Part shown: positions 1 through 8,625 of the stretch, in pieces
Layout of the letters: each line of letters begins with the position of its first letter
Position numbering within the stretch: the first letter of the stretch is position 1
From: Ostreococcus lucimarinus
Taxonomy: Eukaryota
Assembly: GCA_000092065.1 (NCBI GenBank)
Contig: CP000584.1
Direction: 5' to 3' (one strand)
DNA length: 64,000 bases
The notes under the pieces: model-generated
Told to the model about the DNA's origin: nothing
What the model saw: the letters and a program-made list of their open reading frames with translations, nothing else
Databases searched by the model: none
Program-made: the position numbers and the translations under genes

Positions 1-663
1 GCGCCTTCAGGATTGACAGAGGCGGCGCGTTACGACGTGCCGCACGTTCCGGGGGCGTTCGTCGTGACGAATCTTCTCACGAAAAGCGAATGCTCAGCAA
101 TCATAGCCGCCGGTCACGCGATTGGGCTTCGTACCGATCCCGGCGACGTCGACGGTGTCACGGGCGCGTCTCGTTTGCAATACTGCGAGTTCATGGTTTG
201 GCCGCAAAATATTCAAGGTCTGTGGCGACGAATCGCAGACTTAATGCCTCCCGGTGCTGTGGGTATTAACGCGCGCTGGAGGTTCTTCCGTTACGGTCCT
301 GGTACGATTTACCGCCGTCACGTGGATGGGTCCTGGCCCGAGGGCGCACTCAACGAGGAATGCGAATATGTCACCGACGTCTCCGATGGCAAAGTCCGCT
401 CGAGGTTGACTTTTCTGATTTATCTCACCGAAGGCTTCAACGGTGGATCGACGACGTTTTACACCGCTACGCCGAGCGAGCCTGGAGTCTTGAGCGCGCG
501 AGGTGTCGTGCCACAACTTGGCGCCGCGCTCTGCTTCCCGCACGGCGAAGCCGAGGAGTCGCCCGTGCACGAAGGCAGCGCCGTGACCGCGAGCTTGAAC
601 GGAGGCGAAACGTTCAAGTACGTCATTCGCACAGATGTGCTGTTCAATGTGTCGGATATCTAG
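1..663 (+). CDS. 2OG-Fe(II) oxygenase / prolyl 4-hydroxylase-like protein (5' partial, runs off window start)
   Basis: The frame of ORF 13..663 stays open back to nt 1, and the track 'M' at 13 is a TTG. The translation carries the HxD...H arrangement of P4Hc/2OG-Fe(II) dioxygenases (RRHVDG, LTFLIYLTEGFNGGSTTFY, PVHEG). Stop TAG at 661-663. Confidence 0.55.
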   Translation, partial: APSGLTEAARYDVPHVPGAFVVTNLLTKSECSAIIAAGHAIGLRTDPGDVDGVTGASRLQYCEFMVWPQNIQGLWRRIADLMPPGAVGINARWRFFRYGPGTIYRRHVDGSWPEGALNEECEYVTDVSDGKVRSRLTFLIYLTEGFNGGSTTFYTATPSEPGVLSARGVVPQLGAALCFPHGEAEESPVHEGSAVTASLNGGETFKYVIRTDVLFNVSDI

Positions 664-738
664 ACTAGCGGCTTCGCGATGAATTATAGTACAACAGAAG
701 AATTGAATTGAACACGAACTAAAGATATGGCGAACGGG

Positions 739-1611
739 CTAAGAGAGGTACACGACGCCGCACCCTTCATCCAACGCGAGATGGAAAGCTTTCACGGTAA
801 ACGCGCCCGCACGACGGTCGCACCCACTCACTTCGATCGCCACGGACGCGGGCGTCGGGTAGCCCAAGAATGTCGACGCGCTCGCCGCTCGAGCGTCTTC
901 CGCGGCGAACTCGGTTACTCCAGTCGCCTTAAACTCGCCGCGCCGATTCAACGCCGCCGGCCCGAGCGTCTTCGCAATCTTCCTCGCCACGGCGTCCACA
1001 TCGTTCGCGCACAACACGACGCGAACCACAGAAGAACTCCCGCTCGCCCACGGCTTCCCCGTCTTGACGAACTTTGCCTCGAGCGCGCACGCGCTCGAGG
1101 ACACTGCGCAACCGGCGTACGCGTCGCCGCGACAATTTTCACCATTCGCCGCGCTCAGCGCGCCTCGCCGAATCGCCGCGTTCCGCGCTCTCGCGGGATT
1201 CTCGTTTCCGATCACCACCCCGCGCAGCGTGACCTCGTCGCCGTCGTCGCCTCGCCTCGCCGCGTCGCCGCGCTGAAACTCCACGACGAACCCGTTCGCG
1301 TCGCGCACCGTCGCGCTCGCCTCGTCCTCGCGCTCCACCGCGAGCCCATCACCGCTCGCCGCGATCAACGCGCGCGCGCCATCGATCGGGCGCGCGCCCG
1401 TCGGGCACGTCACGACGACGCGCGACACGCGCGAGGTCGTCGCCGTCGCCGTCGCGTCGCCGCCGACGCGCGAGTTCGCGAGCGCGCCGCCGAGCGCGAC
1501 GCCGACGAGCGCCGCGCGCCGCGTCGACGGCGGCGTCGAAAACGCGCGCGCGTCGCGCGCGAGGACGCGGTCGAGGACGCGCGCCGCCGTCGTCGGCATT
1601 TGACGACGCAT
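739..1611 (-). CDS. hypothetical protein with Arg/Ala-rich transit-peptide-like N-terminus (about 290 aa); family not recognised
   Basis: This is the C-terminal 290 codons of minus ORF 739..2547, starting at MRRQMPTT. Composition is protein-like, whereas the overlapping plus frame 727..1620 is pure Arg-rich GC artefact. I recognised no domain. The ATG lies only about 10 nt from the proposed SART3 ATG, so one of the two starts may be wrong. Confidence 0.35.
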   Translation of the reverse strand: MRRQMPTTAARVLDRVLARDARAFSTPPSTRRAALVGVALGGALANSRVGGDATATATTSRVSRVVVTCPTGARPIDGARALIAASGDGLAVEREDEASATVRDANGFVVEFQRGDAARRGDDGDEVTLRGVVIGNENPARARNAAIRRGALSAANGENCRGDAYAGCAVSSSACALEAKFVKTGKPWASGSSSVVRVVLCANDVDAVARKIAKTLGPAALNRRGEFKATGVTEFAAEDARAASASTFLGYPTPASVAIEVSGCDRRAGAFTVKAFHLALDEGCGVVYLS

Positions 1612-1620
1612 CGGCTTCGG

Positions 1621-3990
1621 ATGGATGTCGACGACGCGCGCGACGGCGGCGACGAGGACCGTTCCGACGACGACGATGACGCGCGCGAGGACGCGATCGA
1701 CGCGAGCGAAGGCTCGAGCGAGGACGACGAGGACGAGGACGACGACGAGGACGACGACGAGGACGACGATGATGTAGAATTGGATGATGCGCAATTGGAC
1801 ACGATAATGACGCTCGAACAAGAGCTCGAGAGCGACTCCTGGCGCGATTACGCGAAAGCGGGGAGATTGATTGATTTGTTGCGCGCGGCGAACCTGCGCG
1901 AGCGGTGCAGAACGGCGAGGGAACGATATAACGAAGCGTTCGCGATGGACGAGGCGCGCTGGTCGGCGTGGATTCAAGACGAATTGGCGAATAAGACGAC
2001 GGGGACGAAACGCGAACGGCACACGCGATGCGATGAGTTGTTCGCGAGGGCGATCGAAGAGTGTGGACGGACGAGCGTGCGGTTGCACATGGGAAGGTCG
2101 AGGAACGCGATGGAGCTGGAGGCGGATGAGAGCGACCGACGCGCGCTTTACGAGACGGCGACGGCGGGACCGGGGATGAACTTTAACGATGGGCATTTGA
2201 TTTGGCAGGCGTATCGAGCGTTTGAACTGTCGTGGGCGGCGTCGGAAACGCAGAAAGTGCGGGTGAAGGCGCTGTATTTGCGACAGTTGAAGATTCCACA
2301 AGCGCAGTCTCAGGCGACGCTCGAGGCGGCAAAGACGTGGGCCGCCGACGCGGGTCTTCATAACGCAGACGCCGCGTTCCACGAAGCGTACGCGGTTGGT
2401 AATGCTGCAAAAGTACTGCGCGAGCCTTACGAGGCGCGTCTGCTCGCCGTGACGAGTTCGCATGAAGGCGACGCGAAGCTGCTTCGAGCGTACGCAACCT
2501 ACATTGATTTTGAAATGGCGAGCGGATCTCCGGACAGAGTCGTTCACTTGTACGAACGCGCGCTTTCGTCGCTGCCGTATGTCGCAGAGCTCTGGCGAGA
2601 CTACGTGTTGTACGTGTGGTCGATATCGTTCAAATCAGCAGAAGCAGCTTCGCGCACTTTGATGCTTCGCGCCGTTCGCATGTGCCCGTCTAGCGTTCTG
2701 TGGAAGTCGGTGCTCGAGCTGGAGTCGTCGTACGACTTGTACACGCATGCGCTGAGAACGAAGTTCAGAGATCCGAACGACTACGGTGCGGTTCTTACAA
2801 AAGTTCTCACACAGTGCGTACGTTTGGACGATTGGGCAAAAGCGTCCGGGTGCGTGACTTTTGGTTTCGAGCAGATGGCCAAGGATTATTCGCCCAACAT
2901 CATGGCGGCGGCGGCGATCCATGTCTTGAAAGAACTAGTAGACTACGCGTTGATGAAAGATCACAAGACGACGGTCGCGTCATTCATAGACGCTGTTTTT
3001 GCGCAACTCGCGGAGCGGGCACCGTTCAAGACCGCCGCTGAATTTGTCATCCTTCGAACTGATACGTCGCGCCTTATAAAGAAGACGCAAAAGGAAGTAC
3101 TAGACCTGTACGATGTAGCGTTACAGCGAGGAACCGTGGAACCCGTCGGCCTGTCGAAGAAGACGGTAGATGAAGAGACCCGTCGATTGGCTGGAACGGC
3201 TATGCTACTGAAAGCAAAGGCGCGATATCTGTCGACATTTGCACCAAAAAAGTACGACGATTTCAACGAAAAGACCAACGCTATGGCCGCTGTGCGGCGG
3301 TACGAGTTAAAACTCGCGTGTGAGCGATTGGCTGCGAACGCGGCGGCGAAAGAGCGCATGAAAAGCGGTGGAAGCCGCCGCGAACGCGCCGCCGCGCGTC
3401 GCGCCGGAGCCGAACCCATTCCACGCAAACGAACTCGCGAAATTCCAGAGGGAGGCGACAAGACTGATATGAATCTTGCCGGAATGGATCATGACGCTCG
3501 TGTCAAGACGCTTTTCCCAACAAGAGACACGCAAACAGCCTTTGTCAAAAATTTGTCCTGGGACGTTACGGACGCCGAGCTCATGGAGTTCTTCACCGGC
3601 GCGGTGAGCTGTCGAATCGTCAAGGACAAAGCCACTGGTCGTTCGCGAGGAATCGCGTACGTTGACTTTGGAGAAGAAGCTGCTCTGAACGCTGCAATCA
3701 TGCGATCCGGTGAGGCGCTCAAGGGAAGACTGGTTGATATCGCGAAGAGTCGGCCTCCCGGTGACGACGGACCCGATGGTCGCGGTGGACGTGGCGGTGG
3801 ACGTGGCAGTCGTGGCGGTGGTCGTGGTGGCGGGCGCGCCGCACCGTCTGTGGCTTCTGGACGTGGTCGCGGAGGCTTGGGCCTTATGCCTCGCGCGATA
3901 ACGGTGACGCGTACGGACAACGGCGAAGGCGCACAAGCAAAAACTAACGCAGACTTCAGGGCAATGTTTGTGAAGGGATCATCGCAGTAG
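1621..3990 (+). CDS. SART3/Prp24-like RNA-binding protein (acidic N-terminus, HAT repeats, one RRM, C-terminal RGG box)
   Basis: In-frame ATG at 1621 (MDVDDARDGG) inside track ORF 727..3990. Poly-Asp/Glu stretch first. Then HAT-repeat signatures (LWRDYVLY, LYERAL, AYATYIDFE). Then an RRM (AFVKNLSWDVTDAELMEFF...GIAYVDFGEEAA). Then GRGGRGGGRGSRGGGRGGGR. I know the HAT+RRM combination only from SART3/Prp24. Here there is one RRM rather than two. Confidence 0.6.
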   Translation: MDVDDARDGGDEDRSDDDDDAREDAIDASEGSSEDDEDEDDDEDDDEDDDDVELDDAQLDTIMTLEQELESDSWRDYAKAGRLIDLLRAANLRERCRTARERYNEAFAMDEARWSAWIQDELANKTTGTKRERHTRCDELFARAIEECGRTSVRLHMGRSRNAMELEADESDRRALYETATAGPGMNFNDGHLIWQAYRAFELSWAASETQKVRVKALYLRQLKIPQAQSQATLEAAKTWAADAGLHNADAAFHEAYAVGNAAKVLREPYEARLLAVTSSHEGDAKLLRAYATYIDFEMASGSPDRVVHLYERALSSLPYVAELWRDYVLYVWSISFKSAEAASRTLMLRAVRMCPSSVLWKSVLELESSYDLYTHALRTKFRDPNDYGAVLTKVLTQCVRLDDWAKASGCVTFGFEQMAKDYSPNIMAAAAIHVLKELVDYALMKDHKTTVASFIDAVFAQLAERAPFKTAAEFVILRTDTSRLIKKTQKEVLDLYDVALQRGTVEPVGLSKKTVDEETRRLAGTAMLLKAKARYLSTFAPKKYDDFNEKTNAMAAVRRYELKLACERLAANAAAKERMKSGGSRRERAAARRAGAEPIPRKRTREIPEGGDKTDMNLAGMDHDARVKTLFPTRDTQTAFVKNLSWDVTDAELMEFFTGAVSCRIVKDKATGRSRGIAYVDFGEEAALNAAIMRSGEALKGRLVDIAKSRPPGDDGPDGRGGRGGGRGSRGGGRGGGRAAPSVASGRGRGGLGLMPRAITVTRTDNGEGAQAKTNADFRAMFVKGSSQ

Positions 3991-4257
3991 AGACGCTCGT
4001 AGTAGTGATGAAAAAAACGTTGTTGTATAACAAGATGAACCCGGATCGATGTTCACCATGCAGCCCCCGTCTTTCGAACAGTCTTGCATGAGAGCCTAGC
4101 CCTTGACCGAGGTGAGGCACTTACCGTTGGCAGACTTATAAAGTTGAACAAAGCTAACATCCACTGTGACCTGCTGTAATGTTACAAGCGTACAAGTATA
4201 ACGAGCTGAGTCGGATGGACTTTCAATAAGTAAAAATCGTGTTGGTACATGTATGGC

Positions 4258-4307
4258 GCGCGCGCTGGCTATACTAAAAGCAGCGCGCGCTGGCTATACT
4301 AAAAGCA
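4258..4307. repeat. perfect 25-bp tandem duplication (gcgcgcgctggctatactaaaagca x2)
   Basis: Read directly. Two identical adjacent copies at 4258-4282 and 4283-4307, in the convergent 3' spacer between the SART3-like gene (stop 3990) and PRODH (stop 4326). Confidence 0.85.
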
Positions 4308-4325
4308 AGCCCAGCACACATCGTG

Positions 4326-5195
4326 TCAAGACCAGTGCATTCGCTCAAGCAGCCGGCGATACAGGTACGGCGAGAGCTCGCTGAATCTACCAAAAGGCAC
4401 GTATTTTAGCACGTTTGCCTCCTGCTCCAAAAGCCGGTTCGTGGTTTCGTCGTCCATGCCGAGGAGCTGCGCGTAAAGCACGCGTCCTTTATTTTTATGC
4501 TCCAGCGCTTGATCAATGTTCGCGACGTTTCTAGTGGCCACGAGCGTCGTCACGTGGTCGTTGCCGCTTTGCAGGGCAATTTCCAAGCCGCGTTCGTAAG
4601 ACTTGTCCACCAACGCCTTATTCGGTAACAGCGCTCCTGTCTCTCGATCGAGTCGAAGGTACGCGCCGCGTACGAGCTTGGCACCGATCGTGAATCCGAG
4701 ATCCCTCGATCGCTCGATGTCTTCGCGCAACTCGTCCACGGCGTCGGCGCGGTACATTTGGTATGTCTTGAACACAGTCGGATACTCGCCCCCGTCGTTT
4801 TGCGAGGTGTTATATTCGCGCATCAAATCAAACGCTGTCCGAGAGTAAGCCGCATGTAATGCGTTCTCCTCCGCGTCGATACACACCGAAGTCTTCAACT
4901 GAGCCGCCCGCCTGGCGATGTTCCTCGCGTGTCTCTCCGCCGTGGCGTGGTTCTCCTCGCTCCCGAGCGCGCTGAGCTTCAGCGCGTGCATCGCGGAGGG
5001 AAACTCATTCATCCTTTCCGCGATCACGTGCGCCACGTGCGCCGATTCACGCGTCGGACGATGCTCTCGCGCGAAGTCGAGAATGGTGCCCACTCCAAGA
5101 CCTCGCAACCCCTCCACCAACGGTCTCAACTCGTGCGTCAGCGCCGCGAACCGCAGCGTCGGCCGCAACGCGCCGACGTTCCGCAAGAACGCCAT
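4326..5195 (-). CDS. PRODH: proline dehydrogenase, short bacterial-type monofunctional form (about 289 aa)
   Basis: Minus ORF 4326..5201. The track start is GTG; the first ATG is 5195..5193 (MAFLRNVG). End-to-end colinearity with about 300-aa monofunctional ProDH: GTILDFARE, LKLSALG, VCIDAEEN, YQMYR, KLVRGAY, LGMDD, YVPFGRFSELSPYLYRRLLER. A missing upstream exon cannot be excluded. Confidence 0.65.
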   Translation of the reverse strand: MAFLRNVGALRPTLRFAALTHELRPLVEGLRGLGVGTILDFAREHRPTRESAHVAHVIAERMNEFPSAMHALKLSALGSEENHATAERHARNIARRAAQLKTSVCIDAEENALHAAYSRTAFDLMREYNTSQNDGGEYPTVFKTYQMYRADAVDELREDIERSRDLGFTIGAKLVRGAYLRLDRETGALLPNKALVDKSYERGLEIALQSGNDHVTTLVATRNVANIDQALEHKNKGRVLYAQLLGMDDETTNRLLEQEANVLKYVPFGRFSELSPYLYRRLLERMHWS

Positions 5196-5631
5196 CACCA
5201 CCGCTCACGCGCGCGCGCGCGCCCTCAAATCGCGCGCACGCGCGCCGCGCTCGACCAAAACGCGTCGTTCGCAAAACGCGTCGTTTCGCAATTCCAACAG
5301 TCGCGCGCGTTCGAGCCCACCGGCGCGCGCGCGTCGCTCTCTCTCTCGCGCGCTCTCGCCGACGCTCGCGCGCGTTCGTTCGCGCGTTCGTTCGTTCGCG
5401 CGCGCGATCCGTTCGCGCCGCGCTCGATCGCCGTCGCGCGTCGGTGTGCCGCCGCGTCCCGCGTCGACGCGTTTTGGCCGCGCGACGGTTCGCGACGCGT
5501 TTTGGTTCGTGAGACCTAAACCGTCACACGGACCGCGCACGATTTTTTCGCGACCGTTCGGCGTCGTCGTCAGTCGGCGACGCCGGCGTCGCGCGCGCGG
5601 CGGGCGACGCGCGCGCGACGACGCGACGCGG

Positions 5632-8568
5632 ATGGCGACGCCGCCGTGCGCGTCGTGTCGACTCGTGGAGATGGGCGGACTCGTGGACGCGACGCGACCG
5701 CCGAACGCGAACGCGATGATTTCGGATGACGACGCGGACGACGCGCGGTCGACGCGCGGGACGGCGGCGAGCGCGAGCGCGAGGGCGCGGGCGACGGCGG
5801 CGATCGATGACGACGGGCGCGAGGAGGGCGCGCGCGCGGTGAAGGCGTCGAGGGGACGGCGCGGGTGGTGGTGGACGTCGAGACGGTTCGGGACGGATAT
5901 CGCGGGCGGCGGCGAGCCGAGCGCGAGCGCGGTGGTGGACATCGTGCCTAGAGACGACGGGGGGGAGACGCGGTCGCGGATCGCGCGAGAGATCGAGACG
6001 TCGCTGACGCAGTACGTGGAAGACGCGCGAACGATGGAGATGGGGTGGGAGAAGAAGTCGCGGAGGAGGACGACGACGTCGAAAACGGTGCGGGAGCTGT
6101 GCGCCGAGGCGAGCGCGAGGACGAAACGGGTGCGAGCGACGACGATTAGAGGCGCGAAAGTGACACACATGGTGTTGAATGCGTACGCGAGGCGCGCGTT
6201 CCGTTTGGGTGCGGCCGTGGTGGTGGAGTTGACGAAGGAGGATTCAAGACGGAACGCTACGGAGGCGGCGACGAGGGGGGCGTCGTTGGCGAGAAACGCT
6301 CTTCGCGGAGTACACGTGCAGTTTCCACCTCTCGTGGGGGTGACCGTAGAAGCCCACCATGTGATTTCTGTGCTCTCGCGCATCGCGCGCGTGGTGGGTA
6401 GACCTTTTGGTGTTCTCAAGCCCAAACGACGTCGCTCGTTCGCGCGTCGAACGCCTGCGCAAGCCGACGTCGAAATCATCGGAGACGCGGATGTGGAAAT
6501 CGCGTCAGCGTCAGAGACTCCGATTCGCATGCAAGAGTTGATGCACCTTTTCGACGGCGCGAACGGCATTCGGCCAGACGAGTTCACGGAGCTTTTGTCG
6601 CCTCAGTCGATCGCGACGAATGTCGACGGCGAAGATGTGTTGCGCGTCTTTGCACCCGATTCAACGCTTCTGACGCCACAGACGGTGGACATATCGCCCG
6701 TCGCCGCGATAGACTTCTCACACGAGATGTCGTACATCAGTGACGGCGGCGGTAGGAATGATAATGTCTCACCGCAGCCGCAAAGCCGTAGCAAATCTGC
6801 GCACGACATCGCGATGTCTCCAGATCCGGAGGCAAAAGCGTTCGTTCGACGCATCGAGGACGATTTAGAACGCCTCGCGAGCGATTCTGAGGAAGGCGCG
6901 AGTTTGAGAATACTCAGCGTGGACGATGTGCGGTTCGGTTCTCGAGTGCTGCGCGAGTGGTTTCTCGCGTGTCGCAACAACGCTTGGGCAATGAACGACG
7001 TGGATAATCGAGCGCGAGAAATGACAGAAAGCCTTGCGCACGCGGTGCTTTCGCCGAAAGTAAAACTCGCTAGACGCGTTTTTGCGCTCGATAGTGAATC
7101 TGACGAGTTCGAAGAGCTCTTGGAGGAAGCTCTCACGCAGTCGTTCGCCGATTTATCCGACGAAATTGGCGAACAGCCGCCCGAGTTCGCGGCGTCTGTT
7201 GCCGCAGCAGGCAGCGAAGATGTCGCCGTGGCGTCCGAGTTGAAACCGAATGATGTCATTCAGAACGAATCTAATATATTGGACGACGCAGACGTCACGG
7301 GTGTCGCATTAGATCAAGAGCCAGTCGTAATTACGAAAGACATCGTCGAGGTGTATGAAGCGCCCGCCGTAGAAGTTGTCGTCGCGGACGAGCGATACGC
7401 CGATCAGATCCGTCGGCTCAGCGAAGAAGTGGAACGCATGAAGACTGAACAGGCTTCGATGGTGAAGATGACCGAACAACGAGACGCGGAGTTGCGGCAA
7501 TCGCTTGAACTTGAACGCGCCCAGCTGCTGGTTGAGGCGAAGAAGATTGATCCGCCGACACAGTCGTTGCAAGTACAAGAACTAGCTCAGCTAAAGGAAG
7601 AGTTAGAGCGTGTCAAGGCCGAGCAGATAGCACTGAAGGATAGATCCGAGCGCAGAGAGCGCGAGCTGAAAAAGACTTTCGCTATCGAGCGCGCCAAGTT
7701 GGAGGGAAGTCTAAGGGAGTCTTTCGCGGCGGAGCGAATAGAGCTCGAAGAAGAGTTAGCCAAGTCCATTTCTTTAGAACGAGGTGGGTTAGAGGAACAA
7801 GTGCACAAAGGTGATGAGTACCTTGATAGTGAGATCCAGCGTTTACACGAAGATCTGAATCAGATGAGGTCCGACCAGGAAAAAGTACTCATGATTGCCG
7901 CTGCACGCGAAAGTGAGCCAAGCAACGTGACAACGCCCGGTTCTCCTCTCTTTGCGCTCGACGCCGAGGCCGATGTTTCTATGGAATGGGATTTATATCA
8001 GCTTAAAGAAGAGCTCGACCGCGTCAAAACTGAGCAGTTGACAGCGTTGACGCTGACAGAAAGTCGTGAGGACGAGTTGAGAAAGTCACTCGCGTTGGAT
8101 AAGAAATCGGTTGAGGATGCCATACGACGCGAGGTGCTGCGCGCCACTGGTCAAATTGAGATGCAAAGTGTGAATGCTAGTCACCACTTTGAGCACAAGG
8201 CTACGCACCTCACACGATTGCTCAACGATGCCGAAACGCTCATGAAGTCGACCGAGGATAGGCTCAAGCTTCGTGAGCGCGAGTTGTTGAGTAATGCGGA
8301 AGGAATGATGACTCAAGCCGAAAATCGTCTCAGGCGCCGAGAGCAAGAGCTGCTAGCGCTCGCATCAACACCTCCAAGCGTGTCGCCGTTCAGAGCAGTC
8401 GACCCTTCGACACCTGCTGCGAACGCAACGGTCAGCGTCTCAGCGCTGGAACGAGCTCGCGCACGGCGACGTTTGCTTCACGAAGTCACCGACACTTTCA
8501 GCTTGAACGAAATAGTCACTCAGGCGCGCCAGTTGGCTTCCGACCTCGAGTATAGGCTCCAACGATGA
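5632..8568 (+). CDS. hypothetical coiled-coil protein (about 978 aa); N-terminal region then long heptad-rich C-terminal half
   Basis: In-frame ATG at 5632 (MATPPCASC) within track ORF 4918..8568. The first 238 codons of that ORF are GC-repeat artefact across the PRODH divergent promoter. The C-terminal half is E/K/L/Q/R-rich heptad sequence (RLSEEVERMKTEQ..., LKEELERVKAEQ...). I recognised no catalytic domain. Confidence 0.45.
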   Translation: MATPPCASCRLVEMGGLVDATRPPNANAMISDDDADDARSTRGTAASASARARATAAIDDDGREEGARAVKASRGRRGWWWTSRRFGTDIAGGGEPSASAVVDIVPRDDGGETRSRIAREIETSLTQYVEDARTMEMGWEKKSRRRTTTSKTVRELCAEASARTKRVRATTIRGAKVTHMVLNAYARRAFRLGAAVVVELTKEDSRRNATEAATRGASLARNALRGVHVQFPPLVGVTVEAHHVISVLSRIARVVGRPFGVLKPKRRRSFARRTPAQADVEIIGDADVEIASASETPIRMQELMHLFDGANGIRPDEFTELLSPQSIATNVDGEDVLRVFAPDSTLLTPQTVDISPVAAIDFSHEMSYISDGGGRNDNVSPQPQSRSKSAHDIAMSPDPEAKAFVRRIEDDLERLASDSEEGASLRILSVDDVRFGSRVLREWFLACRNNAWAMNDVDNRAREMTESLAHAVLSPKVKLARRVFALDSESDEFEELLEEALTQSFADLSDEIGEQPPEFAASVAAAGSEDVAVASELKPNDVIQNESNILDDADVTGVALDQEPVVITKDIVEVYEAPAVEVVVADERYADQIRRLSEEVERMKTEQASMVKMTEQRDAELRQSLELERAQLLVEAKKIDPPTQSLQVQELAQLKEELERVKAEQIALKDRSERRERELKKTFAIERAKLEGSLRESFAAERIELEEELAKSISLERGGLEEQVHKGDEYLDSEIQRLHEDLNQMRSDQEKVLMIAAARESEPSNVTTPGSPLFALDAEADVSMEWDLYQLKEELDRVKTEQLTALTLTESREDELRKSLALDKKSVEDAIRREVLRATGQIEMQSVNASHHFEHKATHLTRLLNDAETLMKSTEDRLKLRERELLSNAEGMMTQAENRLRRREQELLALASTPPSVSPFRAVDPSTPAANATVSVSALERARARRRLLHEVTDTFSLNEIVTQARQLASDLEYRLQR

Positions 8569-8625
8569 GCATCAAGTAGTATTCATTAAATCAATCTTTG
8601 CTACCGCTACGTTTAACCAATCGAC

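Noticed and set aside
727-1620. Arg-rich 'N-terminal extensions' of track ORFs (727..1620, 4918..5631, 22305..22583, 24905..25153, 33852..34433, 56019..56258, 41049 ORF beyond 42320, 21866 ORF beyond 22405)
   Set aside because: These segments run through divergent promoter spacers and simple GC repeats, and encode RRRR/RARA strings. Homology begins only at an internal ATG. Several track starts are GTG/TTG (13, 15146, 15176, 17257, 27465, 40435, 52855, 60561, 10749, 5201), showing the track allows non-ATG starts.
1690-1795. Trinucleotide (GAC/GAG)n and (GAGGAC)n tracts (1690-1795, 25431-25462, 33960-34030, 46300-46345, 51861-51887)
   Set aside because: They are coding poly-Asp/Glu linkers or intron microsatellites, not independent elements. 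No CRISPR-like spacer/repeat periodicity, no terminal inverted repeats, and no transposase, reverse transcriptase or integrase ORFs were seen anywhere.
739-2547. 602-aa minus-strand ORF covering the SART3-like coding region
   Set aside because: Upstream of 1611 it is the antisense of a well-supported gene, and its translation is Arg/Val/Leu-rich nonsense (the poly-Ser ORF 1410..1802 mirrors the acidic tract). Only the last 290 codons (739..1611) are retained as a candidate.
5205-6587. Long antisense ORFs opposite real genes (for example 5205..6587, 20316..21362, 24527..25921, 27052..28023, 28654..29877, 32686..33366, 39507..40583, 41938..43218, 58575..60524, 62716..63834 upstream of 63231)
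   Set aside because: High GC depletes stop codons on both strands. These ORFs lie antisense to genes with strong homology and translate to Arg/Ala-rich low-complexity sequence with no recognisable domains.
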